Part shown: one piece after another, positions 52,986-54,459 of the stretch | Layout: each line of letters starts with the position of its first letter | Numbering within the stretch: position 1 is the stretch's first letter | Assembly: GCA_902773085.1 (NCBI GenBank) | Contig: CACYDF010000089.1 | Location: 1-54,459, forward strand | From: an uncultured Erysipelotrichaceae bacterium | GTDB lineage: Bacteria > Bacillota_I > Bacilli_A > RFN20 > CAG-288 | Direction of reading: 5' to 3' | Length of the DNA: 54,459 nucleotides | Position numbers and translations under genes: made by a program | The notes under the pieces: model-generated | Database searches by the model: none | The model's input: only the letters and a program-made list of their open reading frames with translations | What the model was told of the DNA's origin: nothing

Positions 52986-54229
52986 TTCTTTTTCTTCTCT
53001 AAATGGTCAACGAAAGCAAATAAATCCTTAGCTGGATTAATAAAATTATCAAAAATAGATTGAGTAATACCTTTTTCATCTAATGGGAGTTGCATTGCTT
53101 TTTCACTAAGATTAAGTCCTACTCTAATTCCATATGAGTTTGCCGAAATAAAACCAGATAAGAAATCATCATTAACTTTAACTTTATTTAGTAATTCGAT
53201 TCCTTGTTTATCAAAGAACTTTTTGGATTTACTAATATCAAGAGCATAAACAACAATATTGTCATTTAATCCAGGAACTTTTATTGCTTCAAAACCAGTT
53301 AAGTAATTTGGTAAGAAAGTATTTTTAATTCCGCCTCTAAAAGCAATAATAATACTTTCATTTGAATCAAGAGGTAAATCATAACTGAATAACTTACCAT
53401 AGATACCAAAATAAGTTTCTCGTGGTTCTTGTTGTTTCTTAAATAAAAGTGGACTTGCAGCTTGACTTACTTCTTCAATTTCAGGATTAGTAACTTCAAC
53501 TTCTTTTCCTTCTAAATTAAGATATTTAGTTGGAAGTTTATTAGCTTCAGTAAAGGTAACAGGAGGAATTAAAACTGCGAGTTCTCCGCATCTAATATTT
53601 TTATTATTTCTTTTTCCTTCAGTAATACCTCGAGAATGGATATCATTAATAGTTGCAAAATAGTGAGTTCTAATAACATCTTGATCGTCAATTTTTCCAG
53701 CAACAGAAAGTTGAATATCTTTTACATTAATATTTGAAAGAGTTTCACCATTAACTAGAGTTTCATATTTTTTTAGATATTCACTTGTAAAGAGAGTTTT
53801 CTTTTTTGAAAATATTCTTGAAAAGACAAAAGCAGCAACTAAAAAGACTGCAGTTAAAGAAAAGAGAATAATCTTAATTGGATTGTTCTCACTAACTTTT
53901 ATAAAGAGAATAATCATACTTGCAAAGACAAGGCCAATAGTTAAAAGCATTATTAAAGTGCTAATAATTGTTGGAAGACGGACTGCTTTTTTATAATTTA
54001 GTAAAGCAGATTTAATATCTTCACTAATTGGTTTTCCACTAGGATTATATTCAAGTTTTTGAAAAACAGAAGGATCTCTTTTTACTAAATCATTATAGTC
54101 TCCTTCAACTGAATCAGATTTAGTTACTGGTTCAATAATAGCAGGAGCGACTTCTTCTTTTTTAGTAGCTTCAACTTCTTTCTTGATTACTTGTTTTTTT
54201 GGTGCTTCTTTTTTTTGTTTAGGAGCCAT
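52982..54229 (-). CDS. Hypothetical membrane protein (Lys-rich N-terminus, TM hairpin, about 250-aa C-terminal domain)
   Basis: 415-aa ORF, 4-nt overlap with tsaE. Two adjacent TM helices (LPTIISTLIMLLTIGLVFASMIILFI; IILFSLTAVFLVAAFVFSRIF). Confidence 0.8.
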   Translation of the reverse strand: MAPKQKKEAPKKQVIKKEVEATKKEEVAPAIIEPVTKSDSVEGDYNDLVKRDPSVFQKLEYNPSGKPISEDIKSALLNYKKAVRLPTIISTLIMLLTIGLVFASMIILFIKVSENNPIKIILFSLTAVFLVAAFVFSRIFSKKKTLFTSEYLKKYETLVNGETLSNINVKDIQLSVAGKIDDQDVIRTHYFATINDIHSRGITEGKRNNKNIRCGELAVLIPPVTFTEANKLPTKYLNLEGKEVEVTNPEIEEVSQAASPLLFKKQQEPRETYFGIYGKLFSYDLPLDSNESIIIAFRGGIKNTFLPNYLTGFEAIKVPGLNDNIVVYALDISKSKKFFDKQGIELLNKVKVNDDFLSGFISANSYGIRVGLNLSEKAMQLPLDEKGITQSIFDNFINPAKDLFAFVDHLEKKKK

Positions 54230-54388
54230 ATATTACCTCTTAAAATCGACAAGTTATATTATATCATTTTTAGTTCTTTTTTGTCTTGATAGCGAAGAAA
54301 TAATTCATTATTTTAGGCTATATTCGCATAAAAAAAGAGTCTCATTTACTGATAGAGAAAAGCAAAAAAATTGTCGAAAAATATTGCG

Positions 54389-54402
54389 TTTTTTTTTTTT
54401 TT
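54389..54402. repeat. Homopolymeric T14 tract
   Basis: Counted directly: T at 54389-54402. Confidence 0.9.
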
Positions 54403-54420
54403 ACTATACAATGTTTTAAT

Positions 54421-54435
54421 AAAAAAAAAAAAAAA
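54421..54435. repeat. Homopolymeric A15 tract ending in the A of an ATG
   Basis: Counted directly: A at 54421-54435, then TGG... Between the two tracts lies ACTATACAATGTTTTAAT, which contains a -10-like TATACAAT. Confidence 0.9.
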
Positions 54436-54459
54436 TGGATAACAACGAATTAAAAGAAG
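54435..54459 (+). CDS. Possible 5' end of a gene running off the window (MDNNELKE...)
   Basis: ATG at 54435, open to the window end. Only 8 codons visible and no SD (poly-A leader). Confidence 0.25.

Overview
Strongly AT-rich, tightly packed chromosomal segment spanning the replication origin: DnaA-box clusters flank dnaA, followed by dnaN. The source looks like a low-GC Firmicutes/Mollicutes-lineage anaerobe. TGA acts as a stop codon (several ATGA stop/start overlaps, and all long ORFs are intact under the standard code). That fits an Acholeplasma/Anaeroplasma/Erysipelotrichia-like organism, not a code-4 Mycoplasma; this taxon call is inference only. About 38 protein genes can be supported:
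- Housekeeping: rubrerythrin, dnaA, dnaN, pepT, rpmE, pnp, leuS, mnmE-tatD-rnmV-rsmA, polC, a cold-shock protein, galE, asnS, and tsaE-tsaB-(rimI::tsaD fusion).
- Transport and envelope: a Trk/Ktr K+ uptake operon, a LuxE/LuxC-like pair, a membrane GT2 synthase plus an ABC-2 exporter, a DUF368 protein, and two fused MacB-like ABC proteins.
- Surface: two lipoproteins (one with an M6-like Zn-protease motif) and several membrane-anchored hypotheticals.
No rRNA, tRNA, CRISPR array or intact mobile element was recognised.
The main anomaly is a 2.07-kb stretch (21865-23932) between the luxC-like gene and leuS. It has no ORF of 60 aa or more on either strand. It carries about 10 copies of a short palindromic element (ancestral form roughly CGTTTTCTTCTC-TTATAT-GAGAAGAAAACG) plus two other direct-repeat pairs. 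Base composition flips from A-rich to T-rich midway. I cannot assign it to any known RNA or element class.
Secondary points of interest:
- A 946-aa internally duplicated protein with an acidic/ER-K-rich centre sits directly after dnaN.
- A catalytically dead ABC-ATPase-like protein with a coiled-coil insert is coupled to pepT.
- A 14/16 parS-like palindrome lies about 4 kb from oriC.
- A rimI-tsaD gene fusion.
- A T14/A15 homopolymer pair brackets a -10-like box at the right edge of the window.
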